Assembly (NCBI GenBank): GCA_017409765.1 | Contig: JAFQSA010000010.1 | Span: forward strand, 1,712 to 65,711 | Source of the DNA: Clostridia bacterium | Lineage (GTDB): Bacteria; Bacillota; Clostridia; Christensenellales; CAG-314 | DNA length: 64,000 nucleotides | Reading direction: 5' to 3' | Shown: one piece after another, positions 27,193-36,269 of the stretch | Layout: the number at the start of each line of letters is the position of its first letter | Position numbering within the stretch: the stretch's first letter is position 1 | Made by a program: the position numbers and the translations under genes | The notes under the pieces: model-generated | Databases searched by the model: none | Told to the model about the DNA's origin: nothing | Seen by the model: the letters and a program-made list of their open reading frames with translations, nothing else

Positions 27193-27266
27193 ACAAATTT
27201 TGGGTACATCTGTGGCTACAATAGCAACATAACATCACAAAAAAATAATAATTGTGGAGGTACAAT

Positions 27267-27587
27267 ATGAAACAATACAATTTGATAATGAAATGGGACT
27301 ACAACTACGACAAGGAAGGCACTTGGTTTGACGAGGACCAAGGTGTTGTTAGTTACATCCTGCAAGAAAACACACATTTTACTTTGCCCCACAGCACCAC
27401 AGAGCGCGTGGAAGTGCGCAAGGTGGAAGTGATTGACGGCGTTGCCACAGCGGAAATCTACGTGGATTGCAGCACCTACATTGTGACAAGTGGCGCCGAG
27501 CCAGTTGTTGCCCGCGCATCGGATAGTTACTGTGCCGCTGGCGACTGCGTCGACTTGAGTTGGGTGTTGGAGTTTACAATTGAATAG
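27267..27587 (+). CDS. Hypothetical 106-aa protein
   Basis: GGAGGT RBS and its own terminator. I recognised no motif. Confidence 0.55.
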   Translation: MKQYNLIMKWDYNYDKEGTWFDEDQGVVSYILQENTHFTLPHSTTERVEVRKVEVIDGVATAEIYVDCSTYIVTSGAEPVVARASDSYCAAGDCVDLSWVLEFTIE

Positions 27588-27602
27588 ATTTGTTTGCAAA
27601 AC

Positions 27603-27630
27603 AAAAGGACCACAAATGTGGTCCTTTTTT
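27603..27630 (+). terminator. Intrinsic terminator
   Basis: AAAAGGACCAC-AAA-TGTGGTCCTTTTTT. Confidence 0.85.
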
Positions 27631-27700
27631 AATATGTTTTTGATTTGATTTGCGTTCGAATATGCAATCCGCATCTGCGACAACAATGAATAGTCATTTC

Positions 27701-27805
27701 GTAGGGGAGGGGTTGCCCCTCCCGTAAATATTACCTATGGATATATATGGGCATTTACAGACATAAAACCTATGTCTATCGGTGGCATCAATCCACCACC
27801 CTACG
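27701..27805. repeat. 105-bp three-hairpin composite REP element (second copy)
   Basis: Same layout as 27022..27126, with conserved linkers and loops and covarying stems. Confidence 0.8.
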
Positions 27806-27863
27806 GTGTGGAAATAATGCAATTTACAGCAAAAATTGCGGATACGTGGTGGAAATTTGGTTG

Positions 27864-28760
27864 CTACTTCGCTTTGTGATGGGGTTTGGGGAAGGGTAGC
27901 AACGCAAAGGTTTCCGCTTTGTAGGTGGCAAAGCCATCCTTGCGAGATTGACGACCATCCGCCATGGGGATGCTAACAAATGTGAAAAGCAAGGTGTTGG
28001 CAACTGCGCCGATAATCACAAACCAACTGTTGGGCAAAATTACCGCACCAGATAGGCCCACGCCCCACCACATCAAAATTTCGGCAAGGTAGTTGGGGTG
28101 GCGAGAGTGTTTCCAAAGGCCACGGCGCATAAATGGTTCGGTTGTGAGTCCTTCGCGCTTGTCCTTGCGGAATTTGTGCATTTGGATGTCGCTTGCGCAT
28201 TGCAACACTACTGCACACAATGATACGGCAAGGAAAAACAAGCTGTTGGCATTTTTAAGCGTGATTGCCACATTTGTTTGCATTGCAAAGATGATGGGCA
28301 AACAACATCCGTACACCACCAAAGTTGGCACCATGTGGATGCCCACAAAGTTGATGATTGGGTAAAAGCCCTTGGTTTTTTGTTTCAGCATGGTGTAGCG
28401 CCAATCTTGACAGGTCAAATTGCCAAATGTATATGCCCAGTTGGCCGTTAGGCGAATTCCCCACAGCAACACCACCGCCAAAAGCAAGATGTTGTACAGC
28501 GTGAAGTGTTTTTGCGATACAAGTAGCGCAACGGCAATAACCATCGGTTGCACACTCCAATAGGGGTCGTAGACGGAGGCGTTACCCAAAACTACGCTAA
28601 ACACAAACACAAATACCGTTGCCAAAACGTCGGCAATAAGGACGTTTAGCCACGTGTCATAGGGCAAGACGTTGCACAGCACAACACCCAAAACTGTTGC
28701 CAAGACGTACACCACGGCAACGATAACAAAACTCAAAGACCTATTTTGTTTGAAACTCAT
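27864..28760 (-). CDS. DUF1295 / steroid 5-alpha-reductase-like membrane protein
   Basis: Start MSFKQ follows AGAGGA. It contains the HSRHPNYLAEILMWWG motif. Confidence 0.75.
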   Translation of the reverse strand: MSFKQNRSLSFVIVAVVYVLATVLGVVLCNVLPYDTWLNVLIADVLATVFVFVFSVVLGNASVYDPYWSVQPMVIAVALLVSQKHFTLYNILLLAVVLLWGIRLTANWAYTFGNLTCQDWRYTMLKQKTKGFYPIINFVGIHMVPTLVVYGCCLPIIFAMQTNVAITLKNANSLFFLAVSLCAVVLQCASDIQMHKFRKDKREGLTTEPFMRRGLWKHSRHPNYLAEILMWWGVGLSGAVILPNSWFVIIGAVANTLLFTFVSIPMADGRQSRKDGFATYKAETFALLPFPKPHHKAK

Positions 28761-28880
28761 GTTGATTTTTCCTCTTTTGTGATAGTACAAAAATATGATA
28801 CTATTGTATCAAATTGTGACAAATTGCACAACTGTTTGATGGGTGCATACATCATTTTTAGATGTGCGCATCAATTTGAC

Positions 28881-28914
28881 AAAAAAAGACCATCCAACTT
28901 GGATGGTCTTTTTG
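28881..28914. terminator. Bidirectional terminator (serves the Sel1 gene)
   Basis: A7-GACCATCCAA-CT-TGGATGGTC-T5. Confidence 0.8.
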
Positions 28915-28984
28915 TTACTAAATGTCAAATTTTGCACCACGTGGTGCGTTTTTTTGCAATTTTGCGATATCAAAAATAGTCGGC

Positions 28985-31390
28985 TTAGTAGTCCTTTGGA
29001 CGGCCACAGTTAGAGCATTTCTTTGTCAAGAAACCGGTAAACGTGCCGCCGCAATGTTGACAAACTCGTGCAGAACGGCGCATAGAGCGGAGTTTTTCGC
29101 GTGCTTCGGGAAGGAAGTTGCGAGATTTGTCGTGGCCTTGGGCGGATGCCTTTTCCAACCATTGGATTGCGCGTTCCACGTCTTGAGAAACGCCTTCGCC
29201 ATAGTAGTAGCTCAAAGCCAAGTTGTATTGCGCTTTGGCGTGGCCCTTGTTTGCCGCCATTGTGTAAAGTTCAACTGCTTTGCGTTGGTTTTTGATAACG
29301 CCGGTGCCGTTGTCGTAGCAAATAGCAAGGTTGTAGATAGCGGACGTGTTGCCTTGTTCAACGGCCTTTTCGTACCAGTAGATTGCCTTGGTTAGGTCTT
29401 GAACACAACCTTGACCTGTGCGGTAGCAAAGACCAACGTTGCATTGAGCAACTGCATAGCCTTGCTCAGCGGACTTGAGATACCAGTAGAAAGCCTTGGA
29501 GTCGTTTTGAGGAACGCCCTTGCCGTTGTCGTAGCAGTAACCAAGGTTGCATTGAGCGTACTTGTTGCCCTTGTCGGCTGCTTGTTGGTAAAGTTCCGCT
29601 GCTTTGTAGTAGTCCACACTTGTGCCACGACCGTAGTAGTAGCAATCGCCAAGTTTGTTTTGAGCGCTTGCGTAGCCTGCGTTGGATGCCTTTGTAAGCC
29701 AGTAGAATGCTTGGTTGTAGTCGCGTTCGGTACCGGTTGCAAAGTAGAAACAACAACCGTAGTTGTACATACCGCGTGCGTGGTTTTGTTCAGCGGCCTT
29801 TTTGTACCAGTAGAATGCTTTGTTTGCATCTTCCGCTACACCATCGCCGTACTCGTAGCACTCGCCAAGGTTGTTTTGACCTGCGGCATAGCCCAGGTTT
29901 GCAGCTTTTGCATAAAGATTGTATGCAGTTGTGATGTTCTTTGCAACACCACGACCGTTAAAGTACATTGTGCCAAGGTTGTTGTAGCCACGAGCATAGC
30001 CTTGATCAGCCGCCTTTTGGTACCATTCGCAAGCAAGACGGTCATCTTGACCTACACCATTGCCCGCTTCGTAGCACCAACCAAGGTTACATTGCGCGCG
30101 TGCATCGCCCTTGCGTGCTGCCTTGATGTACCAATCGGTTGCCTTTTCGTAGTCAGTTGGAGTGCCAACACCAAATTCGTAGCAAACGCCAAGATTTGTC
30201 ATGGCACGTACGTAGCCATTTTCCGCTGCTTTGCGGTACAAAGAAACGGCTTTTCCTTCGTCCTTTGGAACGCCACGACCTACCTCGTAGCAGTAGCCAA
30301 GGTTTGTTGTTGCACAGTCGTGACCTTGGTTGGATGCAAGTGTGTACAGTTCAGCAGCCTTGTACAAGTCTTGACTTACACCACGACCCATTTCGTAGCA
30401 GTAGCCAAGGTTGTTTTGAGCGCGAGCAAATCCTTGATCGGCTGCTCTTTGGTACCAGTAGATTGCTTTGGAGTAGTCTTGAGCAACACCCGTGCCGTTT
30501 TCGTAGAGGCAAGCAAGGTTTGTTTGAGCAACACGTTGGCCGTTTTCCGCACCTCTTGTGTACCAGTAAACTGCTTTTTCCAGGTCTTTTTCCACACCTT
30601 CGCCCATTTCGTAGCAGTAGCCAAGGTCGCATTGAGCATCGGAATCGCCCATTTCAGCCGCTTGTTTGTAAAGTTCGGCAGCCTTGACGTAGTTTTGTTC
30701 AACACCATCGCCATTGTAGTAGCGGTTACCTTGCAAATACAAGTCGTGTGCGCTTGGTGCATTAGAGCCAAAACCTGTGCCTGCAGGTGGTTCGTCGATG
30801 ACAAACTCTTCGCTACTGATGCCGTAGGTTTCTTCCATCTTTTGCTTTACTCTTGGGAGCATTTGTTGAGCCTTTTCGTGGCCTTGCTCTGCTGCTTTTT
30901 CCAACCAAACGGCGCATTGAACGTAGTCCACCTCGACACCTTCGCCATTGTAGTAGCTGATAGCAAGGTTAAATTGTGCGCTTACATGGCCTTGGATGGC
31001 AGCCTTTTTGTACCACTCGACAGCAACTGCTTGGTCTTGAGCAACACCAATACCGTTGTCGTAGTTGACAGCAAGGTTAAATTGTGCACTACGATGACCT
31101 TGGTTTGCAGCAAGTTTGTAGTAGTCCACAGCCTTTACTGGGTCCTTGATTGTGCCGATACCTTCGTCGTAGCACAATGCAGTTTGGTACATCGCTTCGA
31201 TGTGGCCCTTGTCTGCTGATTTTTTGTAGTTGACGAAGGCTTGGTCTTTGTTGCCTTCCGCATACAACTTGTCTGCCAGTTGGTAAAGTTGCTCAGCGGT
31301 CATGCCATCGTCTTCGCTTGGTGGGGGTGTTGCGCCCATCTTGTCACCTTTGAGTTTTTTGAACAGATTGTCGAGAATGTCGTTTGCCAT
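28985..31390 (-). CDS. Sel1-like repeat protein with a C-terminal zinc ribbon
   Basis: 801 aa with about 20 tandem ~36-aa repeats (GxGVxQDxxKAxxWYxKAAxQGxxxAQxNLGxCY) and a terminal CQHC-N11-CSNC. Confidence 0.9.
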   Translation of the reverse strand: MANDILDNLFKKLKGDKMGATPPPSEDDGMTAEQLYQLADKLYAEGNKDQAFVNYKKSADKGHIEAMYQTALCYDEGIGTIKDPVKAVDYYKLAANQGHRSAQFNLAVNYDNGIGVAQDQAVAVEWYKKAAIQGHVSAQFNLAISYYNGEGVEVDYVQCAVWLEKAAEQGHEKAQQMLPRVKQKMEETYGISSEEFVIDEPPAGTGFGSNAPSAHDLYLQGNRYYNGDGVEQNYVKAAELYKQAAEMGDSDAQCDLGYCYEMGEGVEKDLEKAVYWYTRGAENGQRVAQTNLACLYENGTGVAQDYSKAIYWYQRAADQGFARAQNNLGYCYEMGRGVSQDLYKAAELYTLASNQGHDCATTNLGYCYEVGRGVPKDEGKAVSLYRKAAENGYVRAMTNLGVCYEFGVGTPTDYEKATDWYIKAARKGDARAQCNLGWCYEAGNGVGQDDRLACEWYQKAADQGYARGYNNLGTMYFNGRGVAKNITTAYNLYAKAANLGYAAGQNNLGECYEYGDGVAEDANKAFYWYKKAAEQNHARGMYNYGCCFYFATGTERDYNQAFYWLTKASNAGYASAQNKLGDCYYYGRGTSVDYYKAAELYQQAADKGNKYAQCNLGYCYDNGKGVPQNDSKAFYWYLKSAEQGYAVAQCNVGLCYRTGQGCVQDLTKAIYWYEKAVEQGNTSAIYNLAICYDNGTGVIKNQRKAVELYTMAANKGHAKAQYNLALSYYYGEGVSQDVERAIQWLEKASAQGHDKSRNFLPEAREKLRSMRRSARVCQHCGGTFTGFLTKKCSNCGRPKDY

Positions 31391-31486
31391 TTTGCACCTC
31401 TTTTATGTTAATTAAATTTTATCCAATTGAGTAGTTTTGTTTGTGTTAAGCCGTAGTTTTGATGATGTAACGACCAGTTTTTGTAG

Positions 31487-32194
31487 TTACTCGCCCTCTT
31501 GTGGGGTGATAAGTCCCAAGTCTACGCACAGTTGTTCCAACGAGTCGTCCACCTTGGTGAGTTCGCGTAGGTCAATCACTTGGCCGGCTTGCTCCACCTT
31601 GTCGATGGGGTTTGCATACACGCCCATTGTTGTAGCGCTTGGCGCAAGGTCGGGAGTTTCCGCAGGGGGAGTATCTGTTGCGGCAACTTCCGTTTGAGCA
31701 TCGTCTGCATCCTCTTGTGGTTGATCCGTTGGTGTTTCCACCACGTCCGTTTGACGCGCTTTGTCCACGATTGTTTTTACGTCCGAGTGGACGTTTTTGC
31801 CTTCGTAGGCGTTGATTAGACGTTCAATTTTTGCCATCAAACGACCAAATTGCAACAGTTCTTGGTCGTCCAAGGTGGCAACAAGTGTTTTTGCGTACGC
31901 TTGCCAAGTTGCGTAGAAAACTTTTGCGCGACTAAGCACCAATTCGGAAAAGCGCACGGCATCGTTTTTGAGTTCCGATGCAAGTTTTTGCGACTCAATC
32001 AAAGACTTGGAAATTGCTTGCTCGTCCTGCTCGAATTGCTTTACCTTTTGACGGAGTTGATAGTTTTCCTCCGTGAGTTCGTCCAGGTGTTGCTTTTGCG
32101 CAAGGCGCACTTGTTCGTGCTTTTGTGTGAGATCGCGCAGGTACTCGTCCACCTGCTTGGGAGAGTAGCCACTAAGAACCTTTTTGAACTTCAT
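31487..32194 (-). CDS. DivIVA domain-containing protein
   Basis: N-terminal FKKVLSGYSPKQVDEYL motif followed by coiled coil. Its ATG lies 1 nt after the pncB stop. Confidence 0.8.
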   Translation of the reverse strand: MKFKKVLSGYSPKQVDEYLRDLTQKHEQVRLAQKQHLDELTEENYQLRQKVKQFEQDEQAISKSLIESQKLASELKNDAVRFSELVLSRAKVFYATWQAYAKTLVATLDDQELLQFGRLMAKIERLINAYEGKNVHSDVKTIVDKARQTDVVETPTDQPQEDADDAQTEVAATDTPPAETPDLAPSATTMGVYANPIDKVEQAGQVIDLRELTKVDDSLEQLCVDLGLITPQEGE

Positions 32195-32195
32195 C

Positions 32196-33629
32196 TCACT
32201 TTACCTTCCTATCCGCCATGATGAGCGATTGCTTCAATGCGTACAACTCTTCGGACAAGTCCACCTTGTATTGGTGAGGGCGGGAAATACGCAAGTACTC
32301 GTCCCAGAAGGTTGCCAAACTTTGCTTGCAGTACGCTTGATGCTCGTAGACGTTTTGTGGAGTGTAGCAAATTTTGCCATCCACAATGATATCTTCGTGC
32401 AAAGGCACAGCCACAAAGTTGGTAACTTCCTTTGTCTTCCAGCGCTCAACTGGGTGGGTTATAACAAAGTTTTTGCTGTCGTCAATTTTTTCGTGGTCAA
32501 GGCACATCACGTCGGCAATTGCCTTGCCTGTATCACGGCCAATCAAGCGGTAAACGCACTTTTTGCCGGGGTTTGTCATCTTGATTGGGTTATCGCTAAT
32601 TTTCATCTTGGGGTAGTCTACACCATCCACGTGTAGGTTTGCAAGTTTGTACACACCACCAAGACTTGGGTTGGAGTGGCTTGTGATCATCTTTGTGCCA
32701 ACACCGTAGATATCAATTTTGGCTCCTTGTTGATTGAGAGCCGTGATTACGTACTCGTCGATATCGCTACTTGCAAAGATTTTGCAATCAGCGTGACCTG
32801 CCTCATCCAACATTTTACGCGCTTCCTTGGATAGGTATGCCAAGTCACCGCTATCCAAACGGATGCCAAGTGGCTTGTAACCTTGGGCCTTGAGGTGGTC
32901 AAACACCTTGATAGCATTGGGTACACCGCTGTGGAGTGTGTCGTAGGTATCTACCAAAAGTAGGCAGTTGTTGGGGAAAGTTTCCGCATAGGCCATGAAT
33001 GCATCCAACTCAGTTGGGAAGGACATTACCCACGAGTGCGCATGAGTGCCCTTTGGAGGCATGCCAAACATCTTTGCGCAAAGCACGTTGCTTGTGGAGG
33101 TGCATCCGCCAATTACCGCTGCGCGCGCACCGTAGATACTTGCATCTGGTGCTTGAGCGCGACGCAAACCAAACTCCAACACGCCGGATGGGTGTGCTAC
33201 GTGGCAAATGCGACGAGCCTTGGTGGCAATCAAAGTTTGGAAGTTGATGATGTTAAGTAGCGCCGCCTCGATTAGTTGCGCCTCGCAAATGGGGGCGGTG
33301 ATAATCATGATGGGCTCATAGGGGAAAACGACTGTGCCTTCCTTCATAGCCTTGACGGAGCCGGTAAACTTAAAGTCTTTGAGCCACTCCAAAAAATCCT
33401 CGCCAAAGGTGTTTGTTGTGCGAAGGTAGTCGATATCTTCGTCGGTAAAACGCAAGTTTTGTAGGTACTCTACTGCTTGCTCGATGCCGGCAACAATGCA
33501 AAAGTTGCTTTCGTCAAAGGGGCGGAAGAACAAGTCAAAGGTGGCAATTTGATCCTTTTTGCCCTCTTTGAAGTAGCCGTACATCATTGTTAGTTCGTAA
33601 AAGTCTGTAAGTAAAGTTAGATTTCTCAT
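32196..33629 (-). CDS. pncB: Nicotinate phosphoribosyltransferase
   Basis: 477 aa with the N-terminal LTLLTDFYELTMMYGYF motif and a conserved catalytic core. Confidence 0.9.
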   Translation of the reverse strand: MRNLTLLTDFYELTMMYGYFKEGKKDQIATFDLFFRPFDESNFCIVAGIEQAVEYLQNLRFTDEDIDYLRTTNTFGEDFLEWLKDFKFTGSVKAMKEGTVVFPYEPIMIITAPICEAQLIEAALLNIINFQTLIATKARRICHVAHPSGVLEFGLRRAQAPDASIYGARAAVIGGCTSTSNVLCAKMFGMPPKGTHAHSWVMSFPTELDAFMAYAETFPNNCLLLVDTYDTLHSGVPNAIKVFDHLKAQGYKPLGIRLDSGDLAYLSKEARKMLDEAGHADCKIFASSDIDEYVITALNQQGAKIDIYGVGTKMITSHSNPSLGGVYKLANLHVDGVDYPKMKISDNPIKMTNPGKKCVYRLIGRDTGKAIADVMCLDHEKIDDSKNFVITHPVERWKTKEVTNFVAVPLHEDIIVDGKICYTPQNVYEHQAYCKQSLATFWDEYLRISRPHQYKVDLSEELYALKQSLIMADRKVK

Positions 33630-33702
33630 TTTTGTCCCTTCTTTACAAAAAATTTTAGATTAAATTTTCCAGCAATATCACAAAAATGCCAGATTGAGCA
33701 AG

Positions 33703-33787
33703 CCCTCTCAGTCAGCCACCGCTGACAGCTCTCCCAAAGTGAGAGCCTTTCACAGGACTGTTTGCTTTACGCATTGCGTTCCCAAAG
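33703..33787. repeat. Two-hairpin MITE-like repeat (family B) in the pncB leader
   Basis: 83/84 identical to 1119..1202. Confidence 0.85.
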
Positions 33788-33832
33788 TTAGAGGCTATTT
33801 TTCTCAAATGACCACATCGTGCCAGTAGATAA

Positions 33833-35347
33833 CTACTCCGCTGTGGCGGTTTTGTTAGTCTTTTCGGGGTCTACCCAAGGTACAAGGTGATCTACGCCGT
33901 AGTCGAGATACTTGACTGGTGGGTAGAAAAACAGCAAGAAACTGTTTAGTTCAATTACTTCCGTTTCGCCACAAGCGCAGGTGGTTTGGATTTGGTAAAC
34001 TTCCTTTTTGGATGTGAGCATCTTTTTGCAAGCGGGAGCAAACGCCAACACGCCCATTGCAATGGCTACGCCAATGGCAACAACTGCAAGCACGATGCCG
34101 TTGGGGATGCCATCCACAATGCCCCACTTGATGAGCGAGAACAATCCAAAGATAACAAGCATGCCCATTGCCACACCAAAGATAATTGTTTGGGTGAAAC
34201 TAGCGGAGTAGTCACTTTGCCAAACGGTGATGTTTTTGCGCTTGTTGCACTTTTTGCAGTACAACTTCAGGCGGTCGTTCATTGCAAACACACCAATCAA
34301 GGTGTAGATGCACACTACTGCGGAAATAAATCCCACAATAAACTTGCTTTCGCCACCCAATGCAAACATCGCAATGGCAAGGGCCAAGCAAATGGCGGAT
34401 ATCACGGCAAGCACAATGCGGGACTTGGCAATTTGGTCGCGTTCCGATTTGAACATTTTGCCGTAGGCAGTTAGCAGTTGCTTGCGGTAGATTTTGGACA
34501 ACGTCCACACACCCAACAAGATGGAGAAGATGGAAACAAGTTGGGAAATTTTGATATCGGTAACTTGTGTGCCGATGTAGAGGTACAAACTGTCACTACG
34601 CATACCTTCGATGATCAAGCGCGCCGTGCCGTAGAAAATGCCGTAGAAGGCGGTACACCAACCAAGTTTGTAGTGCTTGTTGCGAGTAAGTATCAGCACG
34701 CAAACCAAAAATCCAAGGAATGTACAAACGCTTTCGTAGAAGAAGGTCGCTTGATACCAGCCACCGCGTGCATCAATCCAAACGGCATAGCCATTGAACT
34801 TGGCAAACAATCCGCTTGCTGCGTGGGGAAGTTCGTCGTAGACGTGGGTAATCAAGTTGCCGTACGCCTCTTGGTTGAAGAAGTTGCCCCAACGGCCCAT
34901 TGATTGCGCAAGGAATACGCCTGGGATAACGCAATCGGCAATGATGCGGAAATCTTGCTTGCGGATTTTTGCCACAACCATTGCTGTGAGATAGCCCACG
35001 ATAACACCGCCGTAGATGCCAAGGCCACCGCTACGGAAATCGAAAAACGTTGACCAATCGGGGATGGCGCGGTCGCTCCAGGGGAAGATGTAGATGTAGG
35101 CGCGTGCGCCCAGTACACCAAGTGGAATAACGGCAAGTGCGTAGATGGTAACGTCGTAAGGGTCGTAACCACGTTTTTTGAAGTAAAGTCCGCCAACCAA
35201 AATTGCCAAGCACATACCTGTTACGATGCAAAGCGCATACAGGTAGATTTCAAAGCCAAACACGTACAATGCGGGACGAGATTGATTTAGATTTAGGCCG
35301 AAATTTTCGTTGCCGAACAAAAATTCCGAAAGAAGTAGATTGTTCAA
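33833..35347 (-). CDS. lgt: Prolipoprotein diacylglyceryl transferase with a ~200-aa C-terminal membrane / Cys-pair extension
   Basis: TTG start after AAAGGTGA. It has the GRWGNFFNQEAYG signature. The extra 4 TM helices carry CKKCNK and CACGE motifs. Confidence 0.85.
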   Translation of the reverse strand: MNNLLLSEFLFGNENFGLNLNQSRPALYVFGFEIYLYALCIVTGMCLAILVGGLYFKKRGYDPYDVTIYALAVIPLGVLGARAYIYIFPWSDRAIPDWSTFFDFRSGGLGIYGGVIVGYLTAMVVAKIRKQDFRIIADCVIPGVFLAQSMGRWGNFFNQEAYGNLITHVYDELPHAASGLFAKFNGYAVWIDARGGWYQATFFYESVCTFLGFLVCVLILTRNKHYKLGWCTAFYGIFYGTARLIIEGMRSDSLYLYIGTQVTDIKISQLVSIFSILLGVWTLSKIYRKQLLTAYGKMFKSERDQIAKSRIVLAVISAICLALAIAMFALGGESKFIVGFISAVVCIYTLIGVFAMNDRLKLYCKKCNKRKNITVWQSDYSASFTQTIIFGVAMGMLVIFGLFSLIKWGIVDGIPNGIVLAVVAIGVAIAMGVLAFAPACKKMLTSKKEVYQIQTTCACGETEVIELNSFLLFFYPPVKYLDYGVDHLVPWVDPEKTNKTATAE

Positions 35348-35744
35348 AATTAGTCACCTTTTTGTGTAAAATTGGGAATTGTTTGACGTTTTGTTGCGCA
35401 GTTGCAGGCAAAAACGTCCGTTTTGTTGACGTTGTTAGTAAAAATTGACGTCAAAAACTAAAAATTCCACATATAAATTATATTTTACTATTATTAGGGG
35501 CAAATGTCAATATTGTGAATAGTAGTTTTTTTGAGAAAATGACAGGCAAAATATGACATATCAATGCCAAGACATTTGGTAAAATTGCAACAAAGTGTCC
35601 CAATAAAGTGGACACAAACGGTCGAGGAAAACTACAGGGGAGCATCGCAAGGATTTACAACTTAGTATCGAAAAATTGCAACAAAAAAGAGCGGTCAACT
35701 TTGGACCACTCTTTTTGTTTGTTAGGTTGAATATTGTTTGCAAA

Positions 35745-35966
35745 TTAGAAGTTGAGCAAACGGATGATGCGACCACGGAAAATCATGGAAATGATATCTG
35801 CAATCCAGATGATGTTCCAACCAAGAACTACACGCAAAATAGCAGCAACGATTCTGCCTTCTTGAAGACGTGTAAGGAAACCACAAACCAAGTTTGTGAT
35901 GGGGATGATTGTCAAGATCAAACTTACCAATCTGCTAAGACCAAAGTAGTCAGTTTTTTGTGCCAT
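35745..35966 (-). CDS. Small two-TM membrane protein
   Basis: Start MAQKTDYF follows GGAGGT. The protein is 73 aa. Confidence 0.6.
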   Translation of the reverse strand: MAQKTDYFGLSRLVSLILTIIPITNLVCGFLTRLQEGRIVAAILRVVLGWNIIWIADIISMIFRGRIIRLLNF

Positions 35967-36269
35967 GATAGGTACCTCCAAAAAATATTATCAAAACCCA
36001 GTGCAGCAAATCCGTTTCGCACCATAATTTCGTGATTATATTATACTACACGAGTAAAAAATCTGTCAATAGGTATTGGCAATTTGTGGGTAATTTGTTT
36101 CAACTTTATCATAATTGCCGTTTTTTTGATGGCAATATCAGCAAAATTTGGCAAAAGGGTTGTTTTTTGAGGTTTGTTTGTGTTACAATGTTATGGTATA
36201 GGTGTAGTTTGGCAAAAAACTGAAATGACCAACGTCCTTTGCAAAGGATGCACTACCCTTGGAGAAAAC

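Noticed and set aside
26454-27209. 251-aa minus-strand ORF spanning the end of the DUF3737 gene and the REP cluster.
   Set aside because: It overlaps a well-supported plus-strand gene and then runs through REP hairpins. It has no RBS and a low-complexity translation.
35383-35454. Three TTGACG boxes, including the perfect palindrome TTGACGTCAA (35445..35454), upstream of lgt.
   Set aside because: They could be an operator, but with only one locus, no partner regulator and an AT-rich context, chance or simple -35-like sequences cannot be excluded.
35577-35717. Possible ~130-nt sRNA, based on an extended -10 (TGGTAAAAT), the internal hairpin GTGTCC...GGACAC, and a terminator at 35688..35717.
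   Set aside because: The terminator is bidirectional and is needed for the minus-strand gene 35745..35966. The -35 is poor. There is no independent support.
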